Assembly (NCBI GenBank): GCA_013214625.1
Contig: JABSPO010000007.1
Coordinates: forward strand, 7,805 to 71,804
From: Flavobacteriaceae bacterium
GTDB lineage: Bacteria; Bacteroidota; Bacteroidia; Flavobacteriales; Flavobacteriaceae
Reading direction: 5' to 3'
DNA: 64,000 nt
The notes below the pieces were generated by a model. It did no database searches. It worked only from the letters and a program-made list of their open reading frames with translations, and was not told the origin of the DNA. Shown piece by piece: positions 38,693 to 48,149 of the stretch. Within the stretch, counting starts at the first letter, position 1. The number at the start of each line of letters is the position of its first letter. Position numbers and translations under genes: made by a program.

Positions 38693-39325
38693 ATGCCATT
38701 ATACAAGACCATTATACATAATGACACTACTACGGTATTTGTCTGGAAAATAGAAGAATCATTACATGATTTAGAAACGACCGTGCAATTAAATGAACGT
38801 AGTCAAAACAGAGCTAATGGAATGCGCTCAGAATCTCATAAAAAAGGTTTTTTGGCAGTTCGAAAATTATTAGAAGTTGCTGGATTATCTGATTTTGATT
38901 TGTATTATACTGAAGATGGAAAGCCACATTTAAAAGATAACAGGAAGATAACCATTTCACATTCTTTTGAGTTTTCTGTAATTGCCATTTCCGACACTGA
39001 AATTGGAATTGATATTGAAAAAAATAGAGATAAAATTCAACGTATCGCATCAAAATTTATAGGGAAAGAGGCTGACTATTTAGTAGAAGAAAACCTTACT
39101 GAGCAGTTAACTGTAGTTTGGGGAGCTAAAGAAAGTTTGTTTAAAATTCATCCTGACGGAGGCCTATTGTTTATAGAACACTTACCTATTGATGAATTTA
39201 ATTTATATCGAAAGCAGACTAAAGGTCATATTTTAAAAGAACCTTTCAATGAAAGTTTCAATATTTACTTTGATATTTTTCACGGATATACACTCGTGTA
39301 TGCAACCAATGAAATTAAAGCATAA
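38693..39325 (+). CDS. 4'-phosphopantetheinyl transferase superfamily protein
   Basis: ISHS, GIDIE and WGAKESLFK motifs. ATG 38693 is preferred over TTG 38684. Confidence 0.75.
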   Translation: MPLYKTIIHNDTTTVFVWKIEESLHDLETTVQLNERSQNRANGMRSESHKKGFLAVRKLLEVAGLSDFDLYYTEDGKPHLKDNRKITISHSFEFSVIAISDTEIGIDIEKNRDKIQRIASKFIGKEADYLVEENLTEQLTVVWGAKESLFKIHPDGGLLFIEHLPIDEFNLYRKQTKGHILKEPFNESFNIYFDIFHGYTLVYATNEIKA

Positions 39326-40041
39326 TGCAGCAAATATATCAAGACATATTGCAGGCTAAAGCAAATAATAATAAATTATTAGCGATACTGCTAGATCCTG
39401 ATAAACTTAATATTGAAAATATTGAACAACTCAGTTCTAAAATAAATTCAAGTCCAGCTACACATATTTTTGTAGGAGGAAGTATTGTTTCAAATGGAGA
39501 AACCAAACTAATAGTTTTGGAACTAAAAAAGCATACTTCTCTACCCATTATTTTATTCCCTGGCAATACAAATCAAGTCACCAATAAAGCTGACGGCATT
39601 TTGTTTTTAAGTTTACTTTCTGGAAGAAACCCTGAATATTTAATCGAACAGCATGTAAAAGCAGCACCATTACTACAGAAAAGTGATTTAGAAATCATCC
39701 CAACTGGATATATTCTTATTGAAGGAGGAGTTGAAACTGCTGTTCAAAAAGTAAGTAATACATTACCTATTCCAAAAAACGATGTCAATTTAATTATTCA
39801 CACAGCTTTAGCTGGACAGTACACAGGAAAGCAACTCATATACCTTGAAGCTGGATCAGGAGCGACCGAATCTGTCGAAATAAAAACAATTTCATTGGTT
39901 GCTAACGCTATTGACGTACCACTAATTGTTGGGGGCGGGATTCGTTCGAAAAATAAAATTGAAGCCGCTTATCAAGCTGGTGCAGATTTAGTTGTTATTG
40001 GAACTGCTTTTGAAAATGATTCTGATTTTTTTAAAAAATAA
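39325..40041 (+). CDS. Geranylgeranylglyceryl/heptaprenylglyceryl phosphate synthase family protein (PcrB-like)
   Basis: 238 aa TIM-barrel family with YLEAGSGA and VGGGIRS motifs. Confidence 0.75.
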   Translation: MQQIYQDILQAKANNNKLLAILLDPDKLNIENIEQLSSKINSSPATHIFVGGSIVSNGETKLIVLELKKHTSLPIILFPGNTNQVTNKADGILFLSLLSGRNPEYLIEQHVKAAPLLQKSDLEIIPTGYILIEGGVETAVQKVSNTLPIPKNDVNLIIHTALAGQYTGKQLIYLEAGSGATESVEIKTISLVANAIDVPLIVGGGIRSKNKIEAAYQAGADLVVIGTAFENDSDFFKK

Positions 40042-40048
40042 TTTCTTC

Positions 40049-40078
40049 AAACTGCAACAAACCAAAAAACGAATAGTC
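40049..40078 (+). promoter_or_regulatory. Putative ECF-type promoter upstream of sigma 1 (AAACTGCAAC ... GTC)
   Basis: It aligns with 47547-47576 upstream of sigma 2. An AAC-containing block is followed 17 nt later by GTC. No TAnnTTTG box is present. Confidence 0.45.
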
Positions 40079-40103
40079 CTTATTACAACTAACTAACTCC
40101 TAA

Positions 40104-40658
40104 ATGCATCAAAGCGATTTAATTCAGCTTGTAAAACATTGTAAAAAACACAATCAAATAGCACAAATAGCCATTTATGATTTGTTTTTTAAAGCAATGT
40201 ATAATACTGCATTTAGGATAGTACAACAACAAGATTTAGCAGAAGATATTACTCAGGATTCCTTCATTATAGCTTTTTCTAAAGTGAGTAGCCTACAGGA
40301 AGAAGTCACTTTTCCAAAATGGTTAAAACAAATTGTAGTCAATAAAAGTTTAACGCATTTAAAACAAAAAAAAAGATTTTATCCGCTTGATGTTGAAAAA
40401 CTAAATAGTACTATCGATGATGAATATGATCATGAGTTTGACTCGACAAACATTGGAGTTCAAAAAATCATAAAAACAATAAACAGTTTAAAAGACAATT
40501 ACAGAATACTACTCACACTACATTACATAGAAGGATATGATTATGAAGAAATAGTAGAAATTACAGGATTTACGCATACAAACTGCAGAACACTCATATC
40601 AAGAGCCAAAAGTAGTCTGAGAAAAAAATTAGACAAATGTCAGACAATAGCAATATAA
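40104..40658 (+). CDS. ECF-type RNA polymerase sigma factor (module 1)
   Basis: 184 aa. Region 2 is LAEDITQDSF...WL. Region 4 is NYRILLTLHYIEGYDYEEIVEITGFTHTNCRTLISRAKSSLRKKL. It is a paralogue of 47601-48149. Confidence 0.85.
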   Translation: MHQSDLIQLVKHCKKHNQIAQIAIYDLFFKAMYNTAFRIVQQQDLAEDITQDSFIIAFSKVSSLQEEVTFPKWLKQIVVNKSLTHLKQKKRFYPLDVEKLNSTIDDEYDHEFDSTNIGVQKIIKTINSLKDNYRILLTLHYIEGYDYEEIVEITGFTHTNCRTLISRAKSSLRKKLDKCQTIAI

Positions 40659-41203
40659 AACACCTCCTCAATAATCAAGCAAATAAGTTTGATATTGAAG
40701 TTCCTAACTCAGGACATAAAGCTCGGTTTATTGAAAAATTAGCCCGAGAAAATACTCCTGAAAAAAAATTGAATAATAACAAATATTGGTATTTGAATAT
40801 TGCCGCAGCATTTATCATATGTATTGGTTCATTCAGTATATACTACTCAAAGAATAACACTGAAACTAGTGTAGTTAAAACTACCGTTGAAAATCCGTTT
40901 ATTGATATTTCTAACGCTCAATTTCATTTAGAAGGAATTGTAAAACGTGAACTTGTTAAACTAGAACTAGAAAGAAATACAACTACAGAAAATATTATTG
41001 ATGGAGCACTGTCGCAATTAGACTTTCTAGAACAAGAACAACACAAACTAGAGGGGCAATTAAAAATGAATTATGATAAACGTATCATAAAAGCATTAGT
41101 TGATAATTTTCAATACCGCATACAATTATTAGAAAATGTAATGCAACAAATTGAAATTACTAAAGAAATTAAAATTGAGAATTATGAAACCAACGTTATT
41201 TAA
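40637..41203 (+). CDS. Single-pass membrane protein, putative anti-sigma factor (module 1)
   Basis: It overlaps the sigma gene by 22 nt. It has an N-terminal GHKARF motif, one TM (YLNIAAAFIICIGSFSIYY) and a coiled-coil C-terminal domain. It is a paralogue of 48139-48678. Confidence 0.6.
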   Translation: MSDNSNIKHLLNNQANKFDIEVPNSGHKARFIEKLARENTPEKKLNNNKYWYLNIAAAFIICIGSFSIYYSKNNTETSVVKTTVENPFIDISNAQFHLEGIVKRELVKLELERNTTTENIIDGALSQLDFLEQEQHKLEGQLKMNYDKRIIKALVDNFQYRIQLLENVMQQIEITKEIKIENYETNVI

Positions 41204-41347
41204 ATCAATATTATTGTCATAAAACACAATATTTGAATTAATCAAATCACTTTTCGTCAGAGTTAAATCTTAAAGAATATGCCCACTGGTGGGTTTGAGT
41301 AACCAAAGGTTACATGTGACCAGTAAAAACAAATAAAAATACACATC

Positions 41348-42445
41348 ATGAAATTATTTAACATAAACCTACTTTGTTTTTTATTCCTTTTGCCGATAAT
41401 GGGTTTTTCTGGGAATGGTTTAAAAAAAGGAAAGCACATAGAAGAAAAGAGAATTCATAAAGAATTTAAGTTTGTTGAAGGTATGCTTTTAAATATTCAT
41501 AATTCATACGGAAATATTGACATTACTGCCTGGGACGGCAATAAAATAATTATTGATGTTTTAGTGATAGTTAATGGTGAAAGTGAAGCTGATGCTAAAC
41601 AATTGATCAATAAAATTGATGTTAGCTATAGTGTTAATCGTAAGGATGGAATTGTTACACTATTAACAAAAAAAGAAACCTACAAGCACAAAGATTATAG
41701 GGAAGTTCATTACCAAGTAAAAGTACCTAAAAGCTGCCATTTAAATATTACTAATAATTATGGAAATATTTCAATAGACGAATCAGAAGCTTCCATCTCT
41801 TTGAAAACCTATTACGGAAATATTAAAGCTGGTAGATTAATGGGCACTTCAAAAATAGAAACTTCTTTTTCTCAACGAAATACGTTTGAATACATTAAAA
41901 ACGGAGCTATAAAAGGACAATTTTGTGACTATACTATAAAAAATGCTGAAACATTGGACATTGTTGAAATGACTTCTTCTAATGGAATGATTAATAATGT
42001 AGATCACTTAAAGTACAAATGTAATTACGGCTCATTAATTATTGAAAATGTAAATACTTCTATTGATGGTAAGGGAGAATACCTAACTACCAATATTGAA
42101 AATTGTTTCGCTACAGAAAAAATAGAAATAGAAGCATATTACGGCTATGTTGACATCAAAAATTGGAATAATTCGTCTGCTGTGTTTGACATTGACAATG
42201 CAAAATTAGCTTTAGGATATAATCCTGAAATACCCTTCGCTTTTAACTTACTTACTAAAGGTTCTACTACTGAATCCATCATAAATTCAATTCCACCAGA
42301 ACTTAAAGGTTGTCATTGTGATGACAAAGGAAAGAACCAAAGATATTGCGGGTATTACATTGAAGAATCACGTGAAAATTACATGCTGTTAAAAATAACC
42401 AATGGAATGTTACGAATCAGAAAATCTGCGTCAATCATAAATTAA
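41348..42445 (+). CDS. Secreted beta-strand-repeat protein (DUF4097 / putative adhesin-like) (module 1)
   Basis: Signal peptide. Repeated YGNI-type strands: SYGNIDITAW, NNYGNISID, YYGNIKAG, NYGSLIIEN, YYGYVDIKNW. Confidence 0.6.
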   Translation: MKLFNINLLCFLFLLPIMGFSGNGLKKGKHIEEKRIHKEFKFVEGMLLNIHNSYGNIDITAWDGNKIIIDVLVIVNGESEADAKQLINKIDVSYSVNRKDGIVTLLTKKETYKHKDYREVHYQVKVPKSCHLNITNNYGNISIDESEASISLKTYYGNIKAGRLMGTSKIETSFSQRNTFEYIKNGAIKGQFCDYTIKNAETLDIVEMTSSNGMINNVDHLKYKCNYGSLIIENVNTSIDGKGEYLTTNIENCFATEKIEIEAYYGYVDIKNWNNSSAVFDIDNAKLALGYNPEIPFAFNLLTKGSTTESIINSIPPELKGCHCDDKGKNQRYCGYYIEESRENYMLLKITNGMLRIRKSASIIN

Positions 42446-42519
42446 CACATATCTTTTATCAATACTATTTACTATTACTTTTATAAAGTGATTAGGTTAT
42501 CCTATGCAAAATAAAATCA

Positions 42520-42606
42520 ACCCCCTTGACCAAAGGACGCGAGGTATGCTTCTGAAAACACATTTTTTAATTTGATGGTATCCTCGGGGGATTAAACACT
42601 CAGGCA
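42520..42606 (+). other. GC-rich conserved intergenic element, copy A (candidate structured RNA or repeat)
   Basis: It shares ordered blocks with 53321-53440: AGGTATG, CATTTTTT, and TCGGG..GGG.ATTAAAC.ACT..GGC. CCCCC (42521-25) can pair with GGGGG (42586-90), and GAGG (42541-44) with CCTC (42582-85). Confidence 0.35.
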
Positions 42607-42735
42607 ACTATTTATATAAAATCAACGTCTTATAATTAATAACAATAAACACATTCAGTAATCTTAAGTTTTTATTGGCAGCAAACCAGTCAGATAAAAC
42701 TAATTTTAACTAATCAAAAACAAAAAACTAACTCA

Positions 42736-45204
42736 ATGAAAAAAACAATTCTTACTTACTTATTATTCCTTGGAGCAATAACCAGTATAACCGCTCAAAT
42801 TAAAGGGACAATTACGGGTCTAAACCAAGAAGTACTAACCAACGTAAACATCTACTTAGCTGACACCTATACAGGAACAACAACAAATACCAATGGAGCA
42901 TATGAATTAGGCCTTGCGAAAACAGGTGTTTATACTGTTGTGTTTCAGTACTTAGGATACAAAACGGTAAAAAAGAAAATTTCAATCACCAAATTTCCTC
43001 ACACACTTGATATTACTTTAGAAGAAAGTGAAGTGTCCTTAGATGTGGTGAACATCAGCACTAAAACTGATCCTGCTTTAGCGATAATTAAAAAAACAAT
43101 TGCCCAACAAAAACAAAATCTATCTCGTATAAAGGAATACACTTGTGATTTTTATTCCAAAGGAATTTACAGTATAAAAAACGCTCCTAAAAAAATGTTC
43201 GGGCAAGATATGGACGACTTTTTTGTGGGCTTAGATTCTGCTCGAAATGGAATTGTTTACCTATCTGAAACCATGTCAAAAGTGAAATTTAAAGCGCCAA
43301 ACAACTTTAAAGAACACATGATAGCTTCTAAAGTAAGTGGAAAAAAACAAGGCTTTAGTTTTAATTCGGCTTCAGAATTTAACTTCTCTTTTTATGACAA
43401 TACTATTGAACTAGAAGAAACGGAAGTGATTTCCCCGTTAGCAAAATTTGGCTTGTCATATTATAAGTATTCCCTGGAAGATTTATTTTATGAAGATGGT
43501 ATTGCTATTAACAAAATAAAGGTCACCCCAAAACGACCACAGGACAAAGTATTTGAAGGCTATGTATATATTGTTGATGAACAATGGGAATTATATGGTG
43601 TTGACTTGAAAGTAACAGGAAAACAATTGCAAAGCATTGCTTTTGAAGAAATGGTCATCAAGCAAAACTTCAGAAACGACCCCAATAATGATTTCTGGAC
43701 CATGATTTCACAAACTATGGATCTTAAATTCAAGTTTTTAAAGCTACAAGGTGACGGAACTTTTACTGCTATGTATAGCAATTATAATTTCAGTCCTGAA
43801 TTCGATAAAAAATCATTTACCAAAGAAGTGTTTTTGGTTGAAAAGGGAGCTAATGAAAAAGAAGAATCCTATTGGGAATACAACAGACCAATACAATTGA
43901 CTCATGCTGAAAAAAAGGATTATAAGTTTAAAGATAGTGTTCAGGTTATTCGCGAATCAAGAGCATACCTGGATTCTATCGACAAAAAGAATAATAAATT
44001 TAAACTAGGTGATTTGGTAATGGGATATAATCATAGGAACAGTTATAAAAAATGGTCATGGGGTATAGACTCGCCGTTATTTGCCGTACAATACAATACA
44101 ATTCAAGGCTGGAATAGTGATGTTAATTTATATTACTACAAATGGAATGAGGAAAAAGGAAGTAGAACCCGTTTGTCTACTAAAATAAACTACGGAGTAT
44201 CAGATGAACAATTTAGATTGTCTGGTAGTTTCTATAAAATGTTTAATAACTTTTCAAGACCTGTATTAAGTATTTCTGGGGGAAGAAAACTGAATCAGTT
44301 TAACAGTTCGGAACCAATAAAACCAATTGAAAACTCCATAAGCACCTTGTTTTTTGAGCATAACTATGCAAAGTTTTACGACAATACTTTCGGTAAAGCT
44401 TCTTTTGGAAAAGAACTATTCAACGGTTTTAGAACTACACTAACTGCTTCTCATGAAATTAGAAAACCAGTAATCAATACTACTGATTATGTTATTTTAA
44501 ATGATGAGAACAAAAACTATACTTCAAATAATCCATTGTCACCAACTGACTTCTCTCCTAGTTTTAAAAAAAACAACATCAGCAAATTAAAACTAAACGC
44601 ACGATACAGACTGGGACAGGAATACAGTACTTACCCTAATGGAAAATACAATGATAGTTATTCTAGTGAAAAACCTTTATTCAGCCTTGGTGTAGAAAGT
44701 GCTGTAGCAGCCAGTAATTCTGATTACAAATACAGTTTATTTACTGGAGAAATAGCTCAAAAGATAACATTGTCAAATAAAGGAAAATTCCGATACAATG
44801 TAAGTGGAGGACTATTTGCTGATGCTAAAAACGTTTCATTTATCGATTTCAAACATTTCAATGGTAATCAAACACATTTCACTCAAAGTGATGCGTTAAA
44901 AAAGTTTACACTGTTGCCATACTACGCTTTAAGCACGAATAAAAATTATGCGGAAATTCATGTTGAACATAATTTCAAGGGATACATTTTAGGGAAGATT
45001 CCGTTATTAAATAAACTTAATTTCAACCTAGTACTATCTAGCCATACCGCAATTTTAGAAGGATCAAAACCATATAGCGAATATGCTGTTGGGTTAAGCA
45101 ATGTTGGCTGGGGTAAAGTACGAATTTTAAGAGTTGACTTTGTAAAATCATTCCATAACGGAATTTCAGAAACCGGATTGATATTCGGGGTAAAACTAAA
45201 CTAA
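42736..45204 (+). CDS. CarboxypepD_reg-domain outer-membrane protein (DUF5686-like)
   Basis: 822 aa with a signal peptide. The N-terminal Ig-like domain reads IKGTITG...NVNIYLADTYTGTTTNTNGAYEL...GYKT. The C-terminal region is large and beta-rich. Confidence 0.6.
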   Translation: MKKTILTYLLFLGAITSITAQIKGTITGLNQEVLTNVNIYLADTYTGTTTNTNGAYELGLAKTGVYTVVFQYLGYKTVKKKISITKFPHTLDITLEESEVSLDVVNISTKTDPALAIIKKTIAQQKQNLSRIKEYTCDFYSKGIYSIKNAPKKMFGQDMDDFFVGLDSARNGIVYLSETMSKVKFKAPNNFKEHMIASKVSGKKQGFSFNSASEFNFSFYDNTIELEETEVISPLAKFGLSYYKYSLEDLFYEDGIAINKIKVTPKRPQDKVFEGYVYIVDEQWELYGVDLKVTGKQLQSIAFEEMVIKQNFRNDPNNDFWTMISQTMDLKFKFLKLQGDGTFTAMYSNYNFSPEFDKKSFTKEVFLVEKGANEKEESYWEYNRPIQLTHAEKKDYKFKDSVQVIRESRAYLDSIDKKNNKFKLGDLVMGYNHRNSYKKWSWGIDSPLFAVQYNTIQGWNSDVNLYYYKWNEEKGSRTRLSTKINYGVSDEQFRLSGSFYKMFNNFSRPVLSISGGRKLNQFNSSEPIKPIENSISTLFFEHNYAKFYDNTFGKASFGKELFNGFRTTLTASHEIRKPVINTTDYVILNDENKNYTSNNPLSPTDFSPSFKKNNISKLKLNARYRLGQEYSTYPNGKYNDSYSSEKPLFSLGVESAVAASNSDYKYSLFTGEIAQKITLSNKGKFRYNVSGGLFADAKNVSFIDFKHFNGNQTHFTQSDALKKFTLLPYYALSTNKNYAEIHVEHNFKGYILGKIPLLNKLNFNLVLSSHTAILEGSKPYSEYAVGLSNVGWGKVRILRVDFVKSFHNGISETGLIFGVKLN

Positions 45205-45226
45205 TAACTAAAACTAACTTATCATT

Positions 45227-46399
45227 ATGACAACAACAGCCAACCGGTGGTCAAACACTAAAAAAGCAGGAGTAGTATTTTTAGCTATTTTTCTAATATT
45301 CCAGTTAATCCCTATAGATTGGTTGACAAATTTATTCGGAAAAAACATATTACAAATAGAAGGGTTTCAAAAAATAAAAATGACTGGAAGTGGCGATACA
45401 ACTTTCGATTATGTAGCCTTATTATTGATTTTTATCATCGGCACAATAAGCTTCATTACAACTTACTTTCTAGAAATAAAGCAATCTATTGCTGAGAACA
45501 TTTACGCATACACAGAGGTGTACATGCGATACTTTTTAGGAATAATGCTTATTGCATACGGGCTTGCGAAACTGACAGAATCTGGTCAATTTCCAGAACC
45601 GGGATTTGGAAGGTTAAACCAGACTTATGGAGAATCATCTCCTATGGGATTGGTATGGGCTTTTATGGGGTCGTCAAGAGCTTATACCATATTTGCAGGT
45701 TTTTTTGAAATTATACCTGGGCTTTTATTGTTGTTCAGAAAAACAAAGCTAATAGGGGCTTTAATGGCAATTACTGTAATGCTAAATATTGTATTATTAA
45801 ACTTTTGCTATGATATACCTGTGAAGTTATTTTCATCCCTACTATTAATTATAGCAATTATAATAGCCTATCCAAATATAAAAATTATAGCATGTTTTTT
45901 AATGGGAGATGTTACTGCAAAACTTAAAAAAAGTAAAGAAATTATCCTACCTAAAAAATGGATGAAGATTTCTTCCAGAGTATTACAAATAATTTTAATA
46001 TTAGCTATGCCTATTGCAAATATCATAGAAACGTATATGTATCCTTTGGGTGAAGAAAGTGATTTGAGTGGATTATATACAAATATGTCAGAGTCTTCTT
46101 CAAACTCAATTAAATGGGATAAATTAATTATTGACGAAAAATTTGAATACGCTTCTATTGAAACTGGCGAAAAAAAAGAAGGCTTTAATCTAAAGGTTGA
46201 AAGTGATAACCTTATTACATTAACATCATATAAGGATAGTACCAATATACTTAAATTAAAATATTTAACCCTCAGGAAAAACATTGTCAACATAAAGTCA
46301 GGTAATCTATCTGGGGACTTCAGTAAAAAAACAAAAAGTGATTATTTACTATTAAACAGAGGTTTTCACTGGATAAATGAACAAGCGTTTAACAGATAA
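45227..46399 (+). CDS. Polytopic membrane protein (DoxX-like N-terminal half plus a soluble C-terminal domain)
   Basis: 390 aa with about six TM helices. The segment FAGFFEIIPGLLLLFRKTKLIGALMAI resembles the DoxX family. Function unknown. Confidence 0.4.
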   Translation: MTTTANRWSNTKKAGVVFLAIFLIFQLIPIDWLTNLFGKNILQIEGFQKIKMTGSGDTTFDYVALLLIFIIGTISFITTYFLEIKQSIAENIYAYTEVYMRYFLGIMLIAYGLAKLTESGQFPEPGFGRLNQTYGESSPMGLVWAFMGSSRAYTIFAGFFEIIPGLLLLFRKTKLIGALMAITVMLNIVLLNFCYDIPVKLFSSLLLIIAIIIAYPNIKIIACFLMGDVTAKLKKSKEIILPKKWMKISSRVLQIILILAMPIANIIETYMYPLGEESDLSGLYTNMSESSSNSIKWDKLIIDEKFEYASIETGEKKEGFNLKVESDNLITLTSYKDSTNILKLKYLTLRKNIVNIKSGNLSGDFSKKTKSDYLLLNRGFHWINEQAFNR

Positions 46400-46455
46400 A
46401 ACTTATGATACAATTTCTAATCAATAATCGCCATAATTTATTGATTAGTCATTTT

Positions 46456-46481
46456 AAAAATCCGCCACTGTGCGGGTTTTT
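46456..46481 (+). terminator. Terminator after the 45227-46399 membrane protein gene
   Basis: AAAAATCCGC-CACTGT-GCGGGTTTTT. Confidence 0.75.
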
Positions 46482-46574
46482 CTATACAATTTTAGCACAG
46501 ATCAACGTTATTAAACGGAATATTAAATAGCTTTACAAACAACTTATAAAATTAAATTATTTTATAAATATTTT

Positions 46575-47483
46575 ATGATTAAACATCTTTTTACTTTCAT
46601 ATTTATACTATTTTATTTATCAGTAGCTACTGCTCAAAACGAAAGAGACATCATTGTTCATGATTCCCTTTCATATATGGTTATGTTTACAAACTACCCT
46701 CTTGCTAAAAAAATAATTTTAAAGCTTGAAGAAAAATACGGCTATGAACCTGAATTAAAATACCGTTTAATAAGTCAAAGTTTTAAGAATAATGACTTAG
46801 ATTTTTTCAAAAAAGAACTAAGTATTTTAGTAGAAAAATATGGATTTCAGCTTATCTATATGAAAGAAACAGAACCATACTATACAGCTATAATAGAAGG
46901 AGAATTATCCAGTTGGTTTAAAGAAATGTATTTGAAAAAGCATTTTATATGGATGAAAAACAATTTTGACAAACAACTAGATTTAAAAAAACTTAATGAA
47001 ATTGGAGCTAAGGATCAGTCAATGAGGCGATTTATAAGCATCCTTAATAATAATATAACATTAGATTCCATTCAAAAAATAAAATTATACAAATCAGAAA
47101 CTGAATTTGATTTTGAAAACATTGCTGATTTATATCAGATTACCCAAAAATGGAAAAAATATCCTTCTGGTAAGTCCTTTGCTTTAATACAAAGAGGCTT
47201 CGGAATAGCTGAAGGACATAATCTTAAAGCAAAAGATAATTTTGAACGTTTTTGGTTGTTATTTTACCCTTTTTATAAAAAAGCTTATTTAAATAATGAA
47301 ATCTCTTATATTCATTTTAAAAACTATGATAGTTATAGTTATGTGCATTACGGATATCAAAAATTTGGTTTATTAAACATTGAGGAAATCCATGAAACAT
47401 ACATGACTGTAGGATTGAAAGAAATCCCATTAGAGGATTTCGACTTCTACTTTAAAATCTTAAAAGAATTCAATTGGAATTAA
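46575..47483 (+). CDS. Hypothetical secreted protein
   Basis: 302 aa with a signal peptide (FILFYLSVATAQ). I recognise no motif. It is bracketed by two near-identical terminators. Confidence 0.5.
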   Translation: MIKHLFTFIFILFYLSVATAQNERDIIVHDSLSYMVMFTNYPLAKKIILKLEEKYGYEPELKYRLISQSFKNNDLDFFKKELSILVEKYGFQLIYMKETEPYYTAIIEGELSSWFKEMYLKKHFIWMKNNFDKQLDLKKLNEIGAKDQSMRRFISILNNNITLDSIQKIKLYKSETEFDFENIADLYQITQKWKKYPSGKSFALIQRGFGIAEGHNLKAKDNFERFWLLFYPFYKKAYLNNEISYIHFKNYDSYSYVHYGYQKFGLLNIEEIHETYMTVGLKEIPLEDFDFYFKILKEFNWN

Positions 47484-47503
47484 ACTCCTTTTTAAAAACA
47501 CTT

Positions 47504-47529
47504 AAAATCCGCCATTGTGCGGATTTTTT
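47504..47529 (+). terminator. Terminator after the 46575-47483 gene, near-identical to 46456-46481
   Basis: AAAATCCGC-CATTGT-GCGGATTTTTT. Confidence 0.8.
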
Positions 47530-47546
47530 AGTGTTTTATTTTCACT

Positions 47547-47576
47547 AAACTGTAACAATTTAAATATTCAGTTGAC
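47547..47576 (+). promoter_or_regulatory. Putative ECF-type promoter upstream of sigma 2 (AAACTGTAAC ... GAC)
   Basis: It aligns with 40049-40078 at the same distance to the ATG (54 vs 55 nt). Confidence 0.45.
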
Positions 47577-47600
47577 TATAATAACAACTAACTAATACAA

Positions 47601-48149
47601 ATGTCATCAATTAACACCGAATTGTTAATCGCACAATGTAAAAAGCACAATACTCTTGCACAAATGAACTTGTATAAGGCGTATTGCAAAGCAATGTTTC
47701 GTGTCGCTTATAGAATTACACAAAACACCGAATTAGCAGAAGATGTTGTACAAGAAGCTTTTTTAACAGCCTTTGATGATTTACATAAATTAACTGACAG
47801 TAATTCATTTGGCAGCTGGCTTAAACGAATCGTAATTTTTAAAAGCATTAACCTAGTCAAGAAAAACAAAAAACATGCATTCATAAATTTTGACGAAGTA
47901 AGCTATAAAATCCCTGAAGAGAATAGTATTGACGATACTTCAATAACTGATTTAAAACTAAACGAAGTATACAATGCAATAACTAATTTAAAAGAAAATT
48001 ACAGACTAATACTAACCCTGTACTACATTGAAGGGTTTGACTATGAAGAAATAGCTGAGATTACTCAGTTAAGTTATGCCAATTGCAGAACAACCATTTC
48101 TAGAGCAAAAGAAAGTCTAAGAAAAAAACTAACCGTTTATGCATCATAA
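47601..48149 (+). CDS. ECF-type RNA polymerase sigma factor (module 2)
   Basis: 182 aa, containing LAEDVVQEAF and NYRLILTLYYIEGFDYEEIAEITQLSYANCRTTISRAKESLRKKL. Confidence 0.85.
   Translation: MSSINTELLIAQCKKHNTLAQMNLYKAYCKAMFRVAYRITQNTELAEDVVQEAFLTAFDDLHKLTDSNSFGSWLKRIVIFKSINLVKKNKKHAFINFDEVSYKIPEENSIDDTSITDLKLNEVYNAITNLKENYRLILTLYYIEGFDYEEIAEITQLSYANCRTTISRAKESLRKKLTVYAS

Noticed and set aside
42546-42575. A mini-ORF (ATG CTT CTG AAA ACA CAT TTT TTA ATT TGA, 9 codons) inside element A, as a possible leader peptide.
   Set aside because: The equivalent position in element B reads ATG AAT TAA (2 codons), so the coding potential is not conserved.
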